A DNA stretch of 64,000 nucleotides from Nitrospirota bacterium (lineage in GTDB: Bacteria > Nitrospirota > Nitrospiria > Nitrospirales > Nitrospiraceae). Each line of letters opens with the position of its first letter. Position 1 is the first letter of the stretch. The stretch lies in assembly GCA_963703955.1 (NCBI GenBank), contig CAVPGK010000011.1, positions 1-64,000 on the forward strand, written 5' to 3'. Position numbers and translations under genes: made by a program. The notes under the pieces are model-generated. The model ran no database searches. It was given only the letters and a program-made list of their open reading frames with translations, and was not told the origin of the DNA. Positions 9,324-19,370 of this stretch are shown here, piece by piece.

Positions 9324-10709
9324 TTAAGTTTGAGAAGAACGATGATGTGGAATGAAGCCGGATCGTCGTCCTGTGGATGGCTTGGCATGGGGACGTCTCC
9401 CATGCTCATTCCGGCGAGTATCCGCATGGGAGGGAAGAGCATGGCGCGAGCGCTGCCGCTGAGCGTTGCGTGGCGGCCGTTCCTCTTCATCGACCGAGAC
9501 ATAGGGCTTGGGAAGCGGTGCCAATTCAGTCATGTGAAGCTTCTGGGTCTCGATGCGGAGGCGCCGGACCATGTCCAAGTACTGCCGTTCTTCGTACGGT
9601 GAGAGGATCAAGACCGTACGCCCTTCTTTTTCGGCGCGCCCGGTCCGCCCGGCTCGATGAATGTAGGACGTCGGTGTGCCCGGAAGTTCATAATGAATAA
9701 CCTGCGCGACATCCGGAATGTCCAACCCGCGGGCAGCCACGTCGGTCGCGACGAGAGAGGTCAATCGACCGGCGCGAAAGGCCGATAAGGTCCGTTCGCG
9801 TTTGGCCTGCGTGTGATTCCCTGTGATCGACCCGACCGACGCCGGTTCACCGCCAAGGCGTTCTGTCAGTTTCCGCACCTTATACTTTTGCTCGCAGAAA
9901 ACCATGCTGCGTGCGCCGGCCGGAAGACCGCGTAACAAGGTGTGCACCAGCCGAACGCGCGAGTCCTCGCCAGGGACCACGTAGTAGCCGTGAGAGATTT
10001 TCTCCGGTGCACTGATGCCCGCATCGACACGGGCCTCCACCGGGTTCTTGAGCATGGTCTGAGCCAAGGCTTGAATATCGGGGGCAAACGTGGCGGAGAA
10101 GAGCAGCGTCTGACGCTGTTTCGGAAGGTAACCTAGAATGCGCTGGATGTCTCGAAGAAAGCCGCGATCCAGCATCTGGTCCGCTTCGTCCATCACGAGG
10201 AACTGCACATCGGTAAGACGAAGATGGCCTGTCCCGAGCAGATCCAATAAGCGTCCCGGCGTGCCGACGACCACCATGGGCGGCCGTCGCAGCGCGCGGT
10301 AGTGCCGCTCGATCGGAGTGCCGCCATAGACGGACAAAGAGGTCAACGCAGGCGGTGCATACTTGCGAAGTTCCGTCTCGATCTGAAGCGCAAGCTCACG
10401 GGTGGGAGCTAGGATCAAGGCGCTTGGCCCGCCCGTCTCGCCGTACGAATGCGACTGTTCAGACCGCGCTGGCTGATCGGTTCGCTGTCCCGCTGTTTGC
10501 GAGGACGCTGGCCGTAAGGCCTTCTCGATGAGCGGGATGAGAAACGCCAACGTCTTCCCGCTGCCGGTCTTGGCTTGGGCCAAGATGTCGCGGCCGTCCA
10601 GAGCCGGAGAGATAGCTGCCAGTTGAATGGGAGTCGGAATCGTCAGCCCAGCTTGCATCAGACGCTGGGCGACATAGGGAGAGAGCTGAAAATTGGCAAA
10701 CGTGTTCAT
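9324..10709 (-). CDS. DEAD-box RNA helicase
   Basis: Q motif PTPIQ, AKTGSGKT, PTRELA, TPGRL, DEAD, SAT, ARGLD and HRAGRTGR. Confidence 0.96.
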   Translation of the reverse strand: MNTFANFQLSPYVAQRLMQAGLTIPTPIQLAAISPALDGRDILAQAKTGSGKTLAFLIPLIEKALRPASSQTAGQRTDQPARSEQSHSYGETGGPSALILAPTRELALQIETELRKYAPPALTSLSVYGGTPIERHYRALRRPPMVVVGTPGRLLDLLGTGHLRLTDVQFLVMDEADQMLDRGFLRDIQRILGYLPKQRQTLLFSATFAPDIQALAQTMLKNPVEARVDAGISAPEKISHGYYVVPGEDSRVRLVHTLLRGLPAGARSMVFCEQKYKVRKLTERLGGEPASVGSITGNHTQAKRERTLSAFRAGRLTSLVATDVAARGLDIPDVAQVIHYELPGTPTSYIHRAGRTGRAEKEGRTVLILSPYEERQYLDMVRRLRIETQKLHMTELAPLPKPYVSVDEEERPPRNAQRQRSRHALPSHADTRRNEHGRRPHAKPSTGRRSGFIPHHRSSQT

Positions 10710-10864
10710 TCTGTTCCTTTACAAAAACGTTCTTCTCCGGAAGAGGCCTGCGGGAACGCAGCGGTGGTGAACGCTCCGCTCTACTCGAGGAGTGTGCTCT
10801 ACTGGAGGTTCAGCGGAGCCGCCATGAAGCGGCCCCGCCATGAGTTAACAGTGGCGTTCGAGGA

Positions 10865-11182
10865 TTACCAGCGATCGCGCTTGCCGCCGCCACCGCCGAA
10901 GCCGCCGCGTCCGCCGCCACCGCCGGACCGGGGTTCCTGGGGTTTCGCTTCGTTGACCGTCAACGTCCGGCCGTCCATCTGAGTCCCATTGAGAGCCGCA
11001 ATGGCTTTCTTGGCTTCATCCTCAGAACCCATTTCGACAAAGCCGAAGCCTCGCGACTGTCCCGTAAACTTGTCCGTGATTACCCGTGCGGATTGAACCG
11101 AGCCGTGCGGCGAAAACAGATCGCTGAGTTGTTGCTCGGTTGCTGAATAGGGTAAACCACCGACATAAATCTTTGAACCCAT
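10865..11182 (-). CDS. RRM RNA-binding protein with Gly-rich tail
   Basis: RNP2 IYVGGL, RNP1 RGFGFVEM and a glycine-rich C-terminus. Confidence 0.95.
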   Translation of the reverse strand: MGSKIYVGGLPYSATEQQLSDLFSPHGSVQSARVITDKFTGQSRGFGFVEMGSEDEAKKAIAALNGTQMDGRTLTVNEAKPQEPRSGGGGGRGGFGGGGGKRDRW

Positions 11183-11558
11183 GGGGGTCCCTCCTTACAT
11201 TTGTGATATTGTCTTGGACTCGAGAACGAAGCTACGAAGGGAAGGAACGGGCCGAAGACGCAACATTGAAGCGGCTTGGGTCTAACTTCCGATCAGATTC
11301 CCGGGCAAAACAACATCGATTTCGGCCTGCTGTTGGATGCTTCATCACCAGGCCATAGCCAATGAAGCAAATACAAGGTAACAAATCAATCCGCAAAAAG
11401 CAAACGAGAAGTTCTTTTGTACACTCCGGCAATTTCGGAAGGAGGGTTGTCAGTTTCTTCACAACGACTCCGATAAGCCCGAGGACAATGTAGTTTTCGG
11501 TAGCGATGACAACGTCGTGGTGTCCGAACGGTCGAGTGAATTGACGACTGATAAGTGA

Positions 11559-12359
11559 TCAGGATAGTTCGATTCGTTCTCCTCGTCCGGCCTTGATCAG
11601 TTCAGCGGCGCTGCCGTCCCTGACGAAGATTTCTAATTCGCCATTGCTGTTGATCAGGGCTTGCGGTGCGCCTGGTGCCCCGTCGGCGTAACAGGACGTG
11701 AGTCCTTCGATGGTCGCGCCGGCGAGCCGGATCTTGACGTCGGACCGTTTGGTGACGCCTGCTACTTCCTTGAGATGTAACGAGGTCATGTTGGAGATGA
11801 GATTGCCGAACCGGTCCACGTAGACGATCCGACCGACGAAGACCTGATCCTGCCACCCCGGCTCGTGCGCCGGAAGCGTGACAAAATCCCGGATCAGCCG
11901 TCCGAACGAGCCGGGCGCTTGTCCTCGAGTCAGCCAGGCCGCCGCTGGGGCGAAGACGTCTCGCCCATCAAAGGTCGATCCTTCCGAGTCCAGCCGGTAT
12001 TGGCGGTTCTCGAGCTGACGCACTTCCACCGATAATTCGCTCTGATAAATATGCGTCAAGAGGCCGTTATCGGGCGCAAGGAAAAAGTGCCGTGACGTCG
12101 TCACCAGGAGCGGGCGCCGCGCGCTGCCAACGCCGGGATCGACCACGGCCACATGAATCGTGCCGTCGGGAAAGTAGTGGTAGGCGGACTTCAACACATA
12201 GGCCGCTTCTTCGATCTGTTGTGGCGCCACGTGGTGGGACAGATCGACGATGCGAGCCTGCGGGTTAATCCCGAGGATCACGCCCTTCATGCTCGCCACG
12301 AAATGGTCGCGATCGCCGAAATCAGTCAGTAAAGTCACGACGGAGATAGCTGATGGCAT
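11559..12359 (-). CDS. SAM-dependent hydroxide adenosyltransferase / chlorinase family (DUF62)
   Basis: LLTDFG, VVDPGVGSARR, PDNGLL, TFDGRDVFAP and DRFGNL. Confidence 0.92.
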   Translation of the reverse strand: MPSAISVVTLLTDFGDRDHFVASMKGVILGINPQARIVDLSHHVAPQQIEEAAYVLKSAYHYFPDGTIHVAVVDPGVGSARRPLLVTTSRHFFLAPDNGLLTHIYQSELSVEVRQLENRQYRLDSEGSTFDGRDVFAPAAAWLTRGQAPGSFGRLIRDFVTLPAHEPGWQDQVFVGRIVYVDRFGNLISNMTSLHLKEVAGVTKRSDVKIRLAGATIEGLTSCYADGAPGAPQALINSNGELEIFVRDGSAAELIKAGRGERIELS

Positions 12360-12387
12360 TGTTCAAACCAGTGGGTGCGAACGACCG

Positions 12388-12420
12388 AGAACGAAGTTGG
12401 ACGGGTTCTTCAGCATTCTG
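12388..12420. repeat. Partial copy of the intergenic element at 62374-62501
   Basis: CGAGAACGAAGTTGGAcgggttcttcAGCATtcTG matches CGAGAACGAAGTTGGAggccgtttttAGCATctTG near 62466-62500. Confidence 0.65.
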
Positions 12421-12424
12421 TCGT

Positions 12425-13951
12425 TTACATGTCGCCGTGGCGATCCAAACTGCGATATTGTATCGCCTCTGCCAGATGAGGCGTCTCGATTCGGTCGGAC
12501 CCTACCAGATCGGCAATGGTGCGCGCGACCCGCAGGATGCGCCCGTAGGCGCGGGCGGACAATCCGAGCCGCGCCATCGCCCGCTCGATGAGGTCCTGAC
12601 CGGTCGAGTCGATCGCGCAATACTTCTTGACGTGCCTGGGCTTGAGCTGCGCGTTGCTATAGATCCCATCGTTCAGATAGCGGGCCGATTGACGTGTTCT
12701 GGCCGCCACCACTCGACCGCGTATCGCGGCAGACCGTTCCTGCTGTCCTTCCCCTCCCAACTCACGCACGGGCACGGGTGGTACGTCGATGTGGATATCC
12801 AGACGATCCAGCAGCGGCCCTGGTAGCCGGCCACGGTACCGTCGAATCTGGTGAGGGGTACAGAGACATTCCCGCATGCGATCGCCGTAGTGCCCGCACG
12901 GGCACGGATTCATCGCCGCCACCAACATACACCGGGCCGGATACCGCAAGGAAGCGCTCACTCGGGTCAGCATGACCGTTCCATCTTCCAGCGGTTGCCG
13001 GAGGCCATCGAGTACGTGCCGTTGGAATTCGGCAATCTCGTCCAGAAACAGCACCCCGTGATGTGCCAGAGAAACTTCACCGGGCCGAGGCACGGCTCCT
13101 CCTCCGATGAGTCCCGCATCGGAAATGCTGTGATGCGGGGCTCGAAAGGGGCGCACGGTGCTGAGGGGACGCCCGCCTGTCAGCAGGCCCGCCACACTCT
13201 GCACACGGGCGCTTTCAATCGCCTCTTCATGCGTCAGAGGAGGGAGGATACCGGGCAGTCGACGGGCCAGCATGGTCTTGCCCGATCCCGGCGGCCCGAT
13301 CATAAGGATGTTATGCCCGCCGGCTGCAGCGACTTCAAGCGCCCGCTTCGCATGCTCTTGCCCTTTGACTTCGGCGAAGTCGTCATCGTCGCCGGACTGA
13401 GCTAAGGAACTCATCACGGGATCAGCTACCGCAACGGGAATCATGCGCCTCCCGGTTAGGAATTCAACCGCTTCGGGGAGCGTATGCACGGGATAGGCCT
13501 GTACGCCCTCGACCGCAGCCGCCTCCGCCGCATTTTCCACGGGCAGGAGGACGGCGCGTTTTTTCCTACAGGTCACACCGATCGACAAGGCGCCGGCGAC
13601 CGGTTTGATCCGGCCGTCCAGAGACAGCTCACCGACTAAGACTCGATCTGCCACAGCTTCAGCCGGCACAACATCTCCGGCGACCAAAATGCCAACAGCG
13701 ATGGCGAAGTCCAGTCCGGATCCCTCTTTTTTTATATCGGCCGGGGCAAGGTTCACGGTAATCTTTTTCACCGGGAAGGTGAAGCCGGTATTTTTCAGCG
13801 CGGACCGGACACGATCCCGGCTCTCGCGGACCGTCGCGTCCGGAAGGCCGACGACGGAAAACTGCGGCAGGCCGCCCCCGATATCAACTTCGACCTCCAC
13901 CAGATGGGCATCCAAGCCCGTTATGACCGCGCTCAAGACCTTGGCGAGCAC
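12425..13951 (-). CDS. comM: YifB/ComM Mg-chelatase-like AAA+ ATPase
   Basis: VGLPDATVRESRDRV, GPPGSGKT, FRAPHHS, GEVSLAHHGVLFLDE and NPCPCG. Confidence 0.94.
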   Translation of the reverse strand: MLAKVLSAVITGLDAHLVEVEVDIGGGLPQFSVVGLPDATVRESRDRVRSALKNTGFTFPVKKITVNLAPADIKKEGSGLDFAIAVGILVAGDVVPAEAVADRVLVGELSLDGRIKPVAGALSIGVTCRKKRAVLLPVENAAEAAAVEGVQAYPVHTLPEAVEFLTGRRMIPVAVADPVMSSLAQSGDDDDFAEVKGQEHAKRALEVAAAGGHNILMIGPPGSGKTMLARRLPGILPPLTHEEAIESARVQSVAGLLTGGRPLSTVRPFRAPHHSISDAGLIGGGAVPRPGEVSLAHHGVLFLDEIAEFQRHVLDGLRQPLEDGTVMLTRVSASLRYPARCMLVAAMNPCPCGHYGDRMRECLCTPHQIRRYRGRLPGPLLDRLDIHIDVPPVPVRELGGEGQQERSAAIRGRVVAARTRQSARYLNDGIYSNAQLKPRHVKKYCAIDSTGQDLIERAMARLGLSARAYGRILRVARTIADLVGSDRIETPHLAEAIQYRSLDRHGDM

Positions 13952-14161
13952 ACGACCTCCATCACAGGTAAAAGCATAAAGTCAAAAGCAAGACACAGAT
14001 CCTCTTTTCCCTTTCCCTTGCGTAAGAGGCGGGATTATAGGCGTCACCCTTCAAGCTTTTCAACATGGTCCCACCATTGCCGTGCCTTGAGAATGGTCTG
14101 GCCTACGTGCAGAGAATCCGTCTCTAGATTGCGTTGATCGCCTGTCGTATAATTCGCCACC

Positions 14162-15748
14162 ATGCGATCTGAACCGGTTTTGGTGGAACGGGTATCCATT
14201 GGCTATCGGATCATGTCTTCATTGTCTCCGTCTCACTTTTTTTCACGAACTCTCGTAACATTCCCGAGCATGCGTGGCGTCTCACGGTCCCTGGCTCCCG
14301 TTGTCATAGTCTACCAGCTCCTATTCCATCTACCAGCTTTTGGAGAAGACGTCCTGCTGGGCGCATGGAAACCTATGTCGCCCGCTCCCACCAAACGCAC
14401 CGAGGTTTCAGCGGCGGCGGTCGACGGCAAGATCTACGTCATCGGGGGGTTCAACGAGCCCAGTCTCAGCAATCTAATGGATCTCACGATCAGCACGACC
14501 GTCGAGGAATACGATCCTTCGACCGACCGATGGACCACCAAGAACCCGCTGCCCGTGGGAATCCATCACGCCGGCATCGGTGTTGTGGGCACTGAACTGT
14601 ATGTGATCGGCGGTTTTACGAAGTCATTTCTGTCGGTCTGGGGGCCGACCGCCGCGGTCTATCAATACAACCGCGAGACCGACACCTGGTTGGAACGGGC
14701 GCCGATGCCGACCATGCGCGGAGCCTTGGCCGTCGCGCAGATCGGCGGCAAGTTTCTCGCGATCGGCGGGTATGACGGAGCCGGAAATTCGGCCGCAGTG
14801 GAGGAGTATGATCCGGCCACCAATACTTGGACCGCTCGCGCCGCGCTCCCAACGCCTCGCGATCATCTCGCAGCAGCGACGGTTGGCGAGCGCGTCTATG
14901 CAATCGGGGGTCGTCTTAACAGAGACTATGGCCACAATCTGGCGATTACCGAAGCCTACGACCCGGCCGCAGACCGCTGGACACGTGTCGCCGATTTGCC
15001 GACCGCGCGTAGCGGTATCACGGCCGGCGTGATCGACGGCACAATTTACGTCCTCGGAGGGGAATCACCGGAAGGGACCTATCCGACCAACGAAGCCTAT
15101 GCCTCGCATCAGGATCGATGGGTCAGGATGGCCCCCATGCCGACCGCCCGCCATGGATTGGGATCAGCCGTCATCAACCATCGGCTCTATGTGATCGGGG
15201 GAGGCCCCACGCCGGGGGGTTCGTACAGTAATGTCAACGAAATGTTCGCGCCCCCGAACGGAAGGGATGCAAGGAGCGGCCAGGCGTCAGCCAAACAGGT
15301 TGGAGCCGTGATGGCTCTTCTCGCCACCTTTCAGTATGCTGAGGTATTGCCCCCTGAATCCAGCCCGGAGGCAAACCGGGTGATCAAGGCCCTCATCCAA
15401 TTCCAAGCAGCGTTCATGAAAAGCGACAATCCGGCGGTCAGACAACTGCTGGCTCAAGCCCTGACGTCCAAACTAGGCGATCGTGCGGAGGCAGCGGTGG
15501 ATCGATTCCGTTCCGATGGATGGACGTCGGAGACCTTGGAAGCCGTGATTGAGTTTGCCGGTAACGGGACGACCTGGTCGGATGTCCGTTTGGAAGAAGG
15601 GTTTCGCCACTACAACCTCAGCCGAGGCGACTTTAATCTGCTTGCGCAGACATTTCGCGCTGCCCGGACTCAACTGGCGGCAAGAGGACAGAATCTACAC
15701 GCAGTTTACGCGTCGCGACGCCGTGATATGCCCGGCGCCGGTTTGTGA
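14162..15748 (+). CDS. Kelch-repeat beta-propeller protein with uncharacterised C-terminal helical domain (start uncertain)
   Basis: Six IYVIGG...YDP..W repeats, followed by about 160 aa of non-Kelch sequence. Confidence 0.85.
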   Translation: MRSEPVLVERVSIGYRIMSSLSPSHFFSRTLVTFPSMRGVSRSLAPVVIVYQLLFHLPAFGEDVLLGAWKPMSPAPTKRTEVSAAAVDGKIYVIGGFNEPSLSNLMDLTISTTVEEYDPSTDRWTTKNPLPVGIHHAGIGVVGTELYVIGGFTKSFLSVWGPTAAVYQYNRETDTWLERAPMPTMRGALAVAQIGGKFLAIGGYDGAGNSAAVEEYDPATNTWTARAALPTPRDHLAAATVGERVYAIGGRLNRDYGHNLAITEAYDPAADRWTRVADLPTARSGITAGVIDGTIYVLGGESPEGTYPTNEAYASHQDRWVRMAPMPTARHGLGSAVINHRLYVIGGGPTPGGSYSNVNEMFAPPNGRDARSGQASAKQVGAVMALLATFQYAEVLPPESSPEANRVIKALIQFQAAFMKSDNPAVRQLLAQALTSKLGDRAEAAVDRFRSDGWTSETLEAVIEFAGNGTTWSDVRLEEGFRHYNLSRGDFNLLAQTFRAARTQLAARGQNLHAVYASRRRDMPGAGL

Positions 15749-15797
15749 AGGCACACTTGCGCACTGCGAGGGCAGTGGTCGGAGAAAGGAGATCGCC

Positions 15798-16034
15798 ATG
15801 GCTACGAGAGCCTATATCTTGATCAAAGTAAAAGCCGGCAGGACCAAGGACGTCGTGAAAGCCCTAAAGAAGGTGGCTGGTATCGAGCAGGTTCATCCGT
15901 GCTTCGGCCAACCGGACATTTTCAGCTTCGTTAGTGTTCAGGATGAAAAGTCTTTGTCTGAGGTCGTCATAACCAAAATTCATACGATCGACGGAGTCGA
16001 AGAAACGGATACCCACATCGTCGCAGATTCCTAG
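15798..16034 (+). CDS. Stand-alone Lrp/AsnC ligand-binding domain protein
   Basis: ATRAYILIKV..FGQPDI..IDGVEETDTHIV, with an AAGGAG RBS before ATG 15798. Confidence 0.85.
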   Translation: MATRAYILIKVKAGRTKDVVKALKKVAGIEQVHPCFGQPDIFSFVSVQDEKSLSEVVITKIHTIDGVEETDTHIVADS

Positions 16035-16049
16035 CTCGCAATCGTCCAT

Positions 16050-17045
16050 TCAGGACGGACACGGATTGCGGATCTCATGATTGAGCCGAACAGACTGCCC
16101 GCTCGCTGCAGATTCATAGCAAGCGTCCGCGGCTTCCACAGCTTTCAGTCCGTCCCTCCCTGAAATGGGCATGGACGTTCCACGCAGCAGCGCGTCCACG
16201 AAAGCGGACAGTGTGGAGACGATGGTCGGCTGAACCGGGATGGTCCATTCTTCCTTGGCACCCTCCCAGGACAGCCGATGCGCGCGGTGCTCGACCCAAT
16301 CGACGACCAACTGTCCGTCTTCGCCCATCCATTCTGCGCGACCCGTGCGACCCGCGCTGACGCGGGAAGCATCCAGTATGCAGGCGAAATTACCGGTCGT
16401 ACGAAGATTGACCAGTGCTCGGCACTCGGGTTCCCCCGGCATGGCTCGTTCCATCTCACAACGGACATCCGCAATCTCTTCACCCGTGAGAAACCGGACC
16501 AGATCCAAGAGATGAATACCGATCTCCAAGAGCACTCCACGTCCTGCATAGTCCGATGCATTCTTCCACGACTCCGGTCTGGGCTCGACTCGGTTGGTCA
16601 GTATGAGGTACCGCCGCGGTCCGACGTCGGTCAGTTTTGCCTTTAATGCAAGAACCGCCGCATCAAACCGCAATGTCTGAGCAGTCATCAGGGGCACTCC
16701 GGAGTGTTCTGCCAGGCGGACCATTTCTCGTGCCTCTGTTGCTGAACATGCCAGCGGTTTCTCGATTAGAAGCGGTTTGCCGGCCTTGACTGCTTCCGCA
16801 CAGATGGGATAGGTCATGGAGGGCGGGGTCACCACGACGACGGCCTGCACGGCGTCCGCGGCAAGGAGATCCCGATAGTCATGAAAAAATTGGAGCGAGT
16901 GTTGAGCCGCAAACGCCAGACCTCGGGTCGCATCGCGTCGGCACACGGCCACCAACCGGGCCTGAGGCAAAGGGTCCAGTAGATGCTGCGCATACCGCAT
17001 TCCATGTCGCCCCATCCCGATTAAACCGATACCGACCGGCTTCAT
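16050..17045 (-). CDS. Gfo/Idh/MocA family oxidoreductase
   Basis: IGLIGMGRHG, LIEKPLA and GVLLEIGIHLLD. Confidence 0.9.
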   Translation of the reverse strand: MKPVGIGLIGMGRHGMRYAQHLLDPLPQARLVAVCRRDATRGLAFAAQHSLQFFHDYRDLLAADAVQAVVVVTPPSMTYPICAEAVKAGKPLLIEKPLACSATEAREMVRLAEHSGVPLMTAQTLRFDAAVLALKAKLTDVGPRRYLILTNRVEPRPESWKNASDYAGRGVLLEIGIHLLDLVRFLTGEEIADVRCEMERAMPGEPECRALVNLRTTGNFACILDASRVSAGRTGRAEWMGEDGQLVVDWVEHRAHRLSWEGAKEEWTIPVQPTIVSTLSAFVDALLRGTSMPISGRDGLKAVEAADACYESAASGQSVRLNHEIRNPCPS

Positions 17046-17124
17046 CCTGTTCACCCCTCTCTTCGTATCCGCCGTACACGAAGGCATTCTAGTCAGTGGG
17101 GAAGACCCGGTCAACCGCGCAAAA

Positions 17125-17153
17125 TTGACACCGATTCGGCGCGTCGCTATAGT
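17125..17153 (+). promoter_or_regulatory. Near-consensus sigma70 promoter
   Basis: TTGACA, 17 bp, TATAGT, about 50 bp upstream of ATG 17207. Confidence 0.7.
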
Positions 17154-17206
17154 ACGACTCCTCTGTATTGCTAGGCGTGTTCCCATAACGACTCTCACAG
17201 GACATC

Positions 17207-18010
17207 ATGCCGGAACGTACGACTCCATTTTCAGCTCAACAAATCGGAACCGGCTCATTCAGATTTTCCAGTGGGGTTCCGATTCCCACCATGATGGACG
17301 CGTCGACCGATCCCTACTTTCGAACGCGTGTTCCGAAAGAAGCGCAGGTCGAAGGTATCCAGTTTTGGCCCCAGGAAAGTGGCAAATACCCGGGGCTGGT
17401 CGTGCTCCACGAGGCGTGGGGACTGACCTCTCAGATCAAGAACCTCGCCCACCGACTCGCCTGTGAAGGATACGCCGTCATGGTTCCGAATCTTTACGGG
17501 AGACAAGGCGGGATGGTCACCGCCAACGCCGAAGTTGCCGAAGCCTTAGCTGGTCGTGTCAAGGAACACGAGCTTCTTCAGGATCTTACCTCGAGCTGTG
17601 AGTTTCTCAACACACGCGATATCGTCAAACGAAACGTGCATGGAGTGATCGGATTCGGCATGGGAGGATCCCTCGCCATCAGGTTCGCCTGCCAGCGAAA
17701 GCGCCTCCGTGCCGCCGTCGCTTTCTATGCGACAATCACCACCGCTCCGGATATCTTGAAGACCCTGTGTTGCCCCCTCCTCTATCACCGAGCTGGTGGG
17801 GACTCGTCCGTGACGGATGAGCAGATCGGGTTGCTCGTTGAAGCCGGGAAGGAGTCCGGAAAAAAGGTCGATATCCAGACATACGAAGGCGCTCCGTCTG
17901 CCTTCTGTAATGAAACCCGCCAGGATTCCTATGATTCGAACGCGGCGCGCGTGTCTTGGAAATCCACCATCGCCTTTCTGAACGGGTGCTTTCAGGACGA
18001 TCTCAAGTAG
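17207..18010 (+). CDS. Dienelactone hydrolase family protein
   Basis: LVVLHEAWGL, MVPNLY and GVIGFGMGG (family nucleophile elbow is usually GxCxGG). Confidence 0.88.
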   Translation: MPERTTPFSAQQIGTGSFRFSSGVPIPTMMDASTDPYFRTRVPKEAQVEGIQFWPQESGKYPGLVVLHEAWGLTSQIKNLAHRLACEGYAVMVPNLYGRQGGMVTANAEVAEALAGRVKEHELLQDLTSSCEFLNTRDIVKRNVHGVIGFGMGGSLAIRFACQRKRLRAAVAFYATITTAPDILKTLCCPLLYHRAGGDSSVTDEQIGLLVEAGKESGKKVDIQTYEGAPSAFCNETRQDSYDSNAARVSWKSTIAFLNGCFQDDLK

Positions 18011-18093
18011 CGAGGACGGCTGATCGCCGCTACTTTTCTGGTTGATTGCCGGCGACCCTTGAGATTTTGGTCGGCCTCACGCAGAATCATGTC

Positions 18094-19263
18094 ATGACTC
18101 GACGACTCATCGCCGCTCTTATGGCCACATTGATTCTCTGCATGGAGCAGGTTGTCCCCCAACCAGGCTGGGGCACGGTCCACGATCAACCGGACTTCCA
18201 AGAGATTCTTCGCACATACGGCGACCAACTCGTCGCGGTCACATCTGAGGCTCAAGCGAAAACCTTTTTCGTCTCGCACCTCGCCCCACCAGTTGATCTG
18301 AAAGACAGACTTTCGGCGGAGTCGACGAAGGTGAACGCTCAGCCCTCGGCAACTTTCGCTCAATCCTCTGATTCGCTTGATCCCTCTGAAGTAGTAATTC
18401 GCGTCACGGCCAACCTCGCGAGTTGGCGATTCGCCTCAGCCATGAAGCAAGCGGCCGACACCCAAGGACCAAGAGAGATTCAAGTCGTCCTGGATCAAAG
18501 CGAACCCCAACGCGACTGGCTGCTCAAGGCGCAAGAGACCTCATTTCTTCGCCATGCGACTAATCTCGCTTCCGTCTTGTCTTCGTTTCGCATGCCGGAG
18601 TCGACACATATTCCATCACAGTATGGGGAATACTCCGATTATCTCGACCGGACATATCCTCGGTTGGCGAGATCCGACGATTCATGGCTCGTCACCGCGG
18701 AACAGGAAGCCGCCGATGGGATTCGGCGCCACCTCATGTCGTTTTGGGATCAAGCCGATGCTGCGGGTTCGGACGGCCGCGGACAGGCAGAAGAGAATCT
18801 GCGAGAAACCATGGCCGTCCACTACTTTCAGGCTCGTCTCCGTCCCGTGTTGACGGCGCATCTCGTGGCCCTTACCATCCGAGCCGAAGCAGAGGCTGAA
18901 GCGCGAGTGCGCACGGACTGGGTGACGTTGCAAACCTGGCTGGAAAAGCGCAGGGAGATGCGGGGATTGGCCCGCCTCTGCGGAACCTGGCAATGGACGG
19001 TGCACAACCATCAAAATCACCAGGATCATAAGATGATGATGGTCTTTCCTCCACCCGACGGCGCAGCGCCGGTCAAGGCTCGACCAGCGAAAATTACAAT
19101 ATTGGGTGACGGCGTGTATTTACGCTGGGAATTTCAAGGAGGGTATCAAGAAGACAGCCTATTGTTCACCGGGGAAGGGCAGCGTCTGGAGGGCAGTTTC
19201 ACCAATTCCGCCGGTGCGTGGGGGTCGATCACCGGCAAGCGAGTCGTCGCCTGCGGAAAATAG
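18094..19263 (+). CDS. Hypothetical exported protein with His/Asn/Gln-rich motif
   Basis: Long ORF with a signal-like N-terminus and WQWTVHNHQNHQDHK in a beta-rich C-terminal domain. Confidence 0.75.
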   Translation: MTRRLIAALMATLILCMEQVVPQPGWGTVHDQPDFQEILRTYGDQLVAVTSEAQAKTFFVSHLAPPVDLKDRLSAESTKVNAQPSATFAQSSDSLDPSEVVIRVTANLASWRFASAMKQAADTQGPREIQVVLDQSEPQRDWLLKAQETSFLRHATNLASVLSSFRMPESTHIPSQYGEYSDYLDRTYPRLARSDDSWLVTAEQEAADGIRRHLMSFWDQADAAGSDGRGQAEENLRETMAVHYFQARLRPVLTAHLVALTIRAEAEAEARVRTDWVTLQTWLEKRREMRGLARLCGTWQWTVHNHQNHQDHKMMMVFPPPDGAAPVKARPAKITILGDGVYLRWEFQGGYQEDSLLFTGEGQRLEGSFTNSAGAWGSITGKRVVACGK

Positions 19264-19370
19264 AGAATCGGCTCTCTTCTACGGGCATTCTCTCTGAAAC
19301 GACCGATACACCGATTCAAGCCATCCTACCGGTCGAACTTCTCCTCGAGCAGAAGACGGGCGCCTACAGC

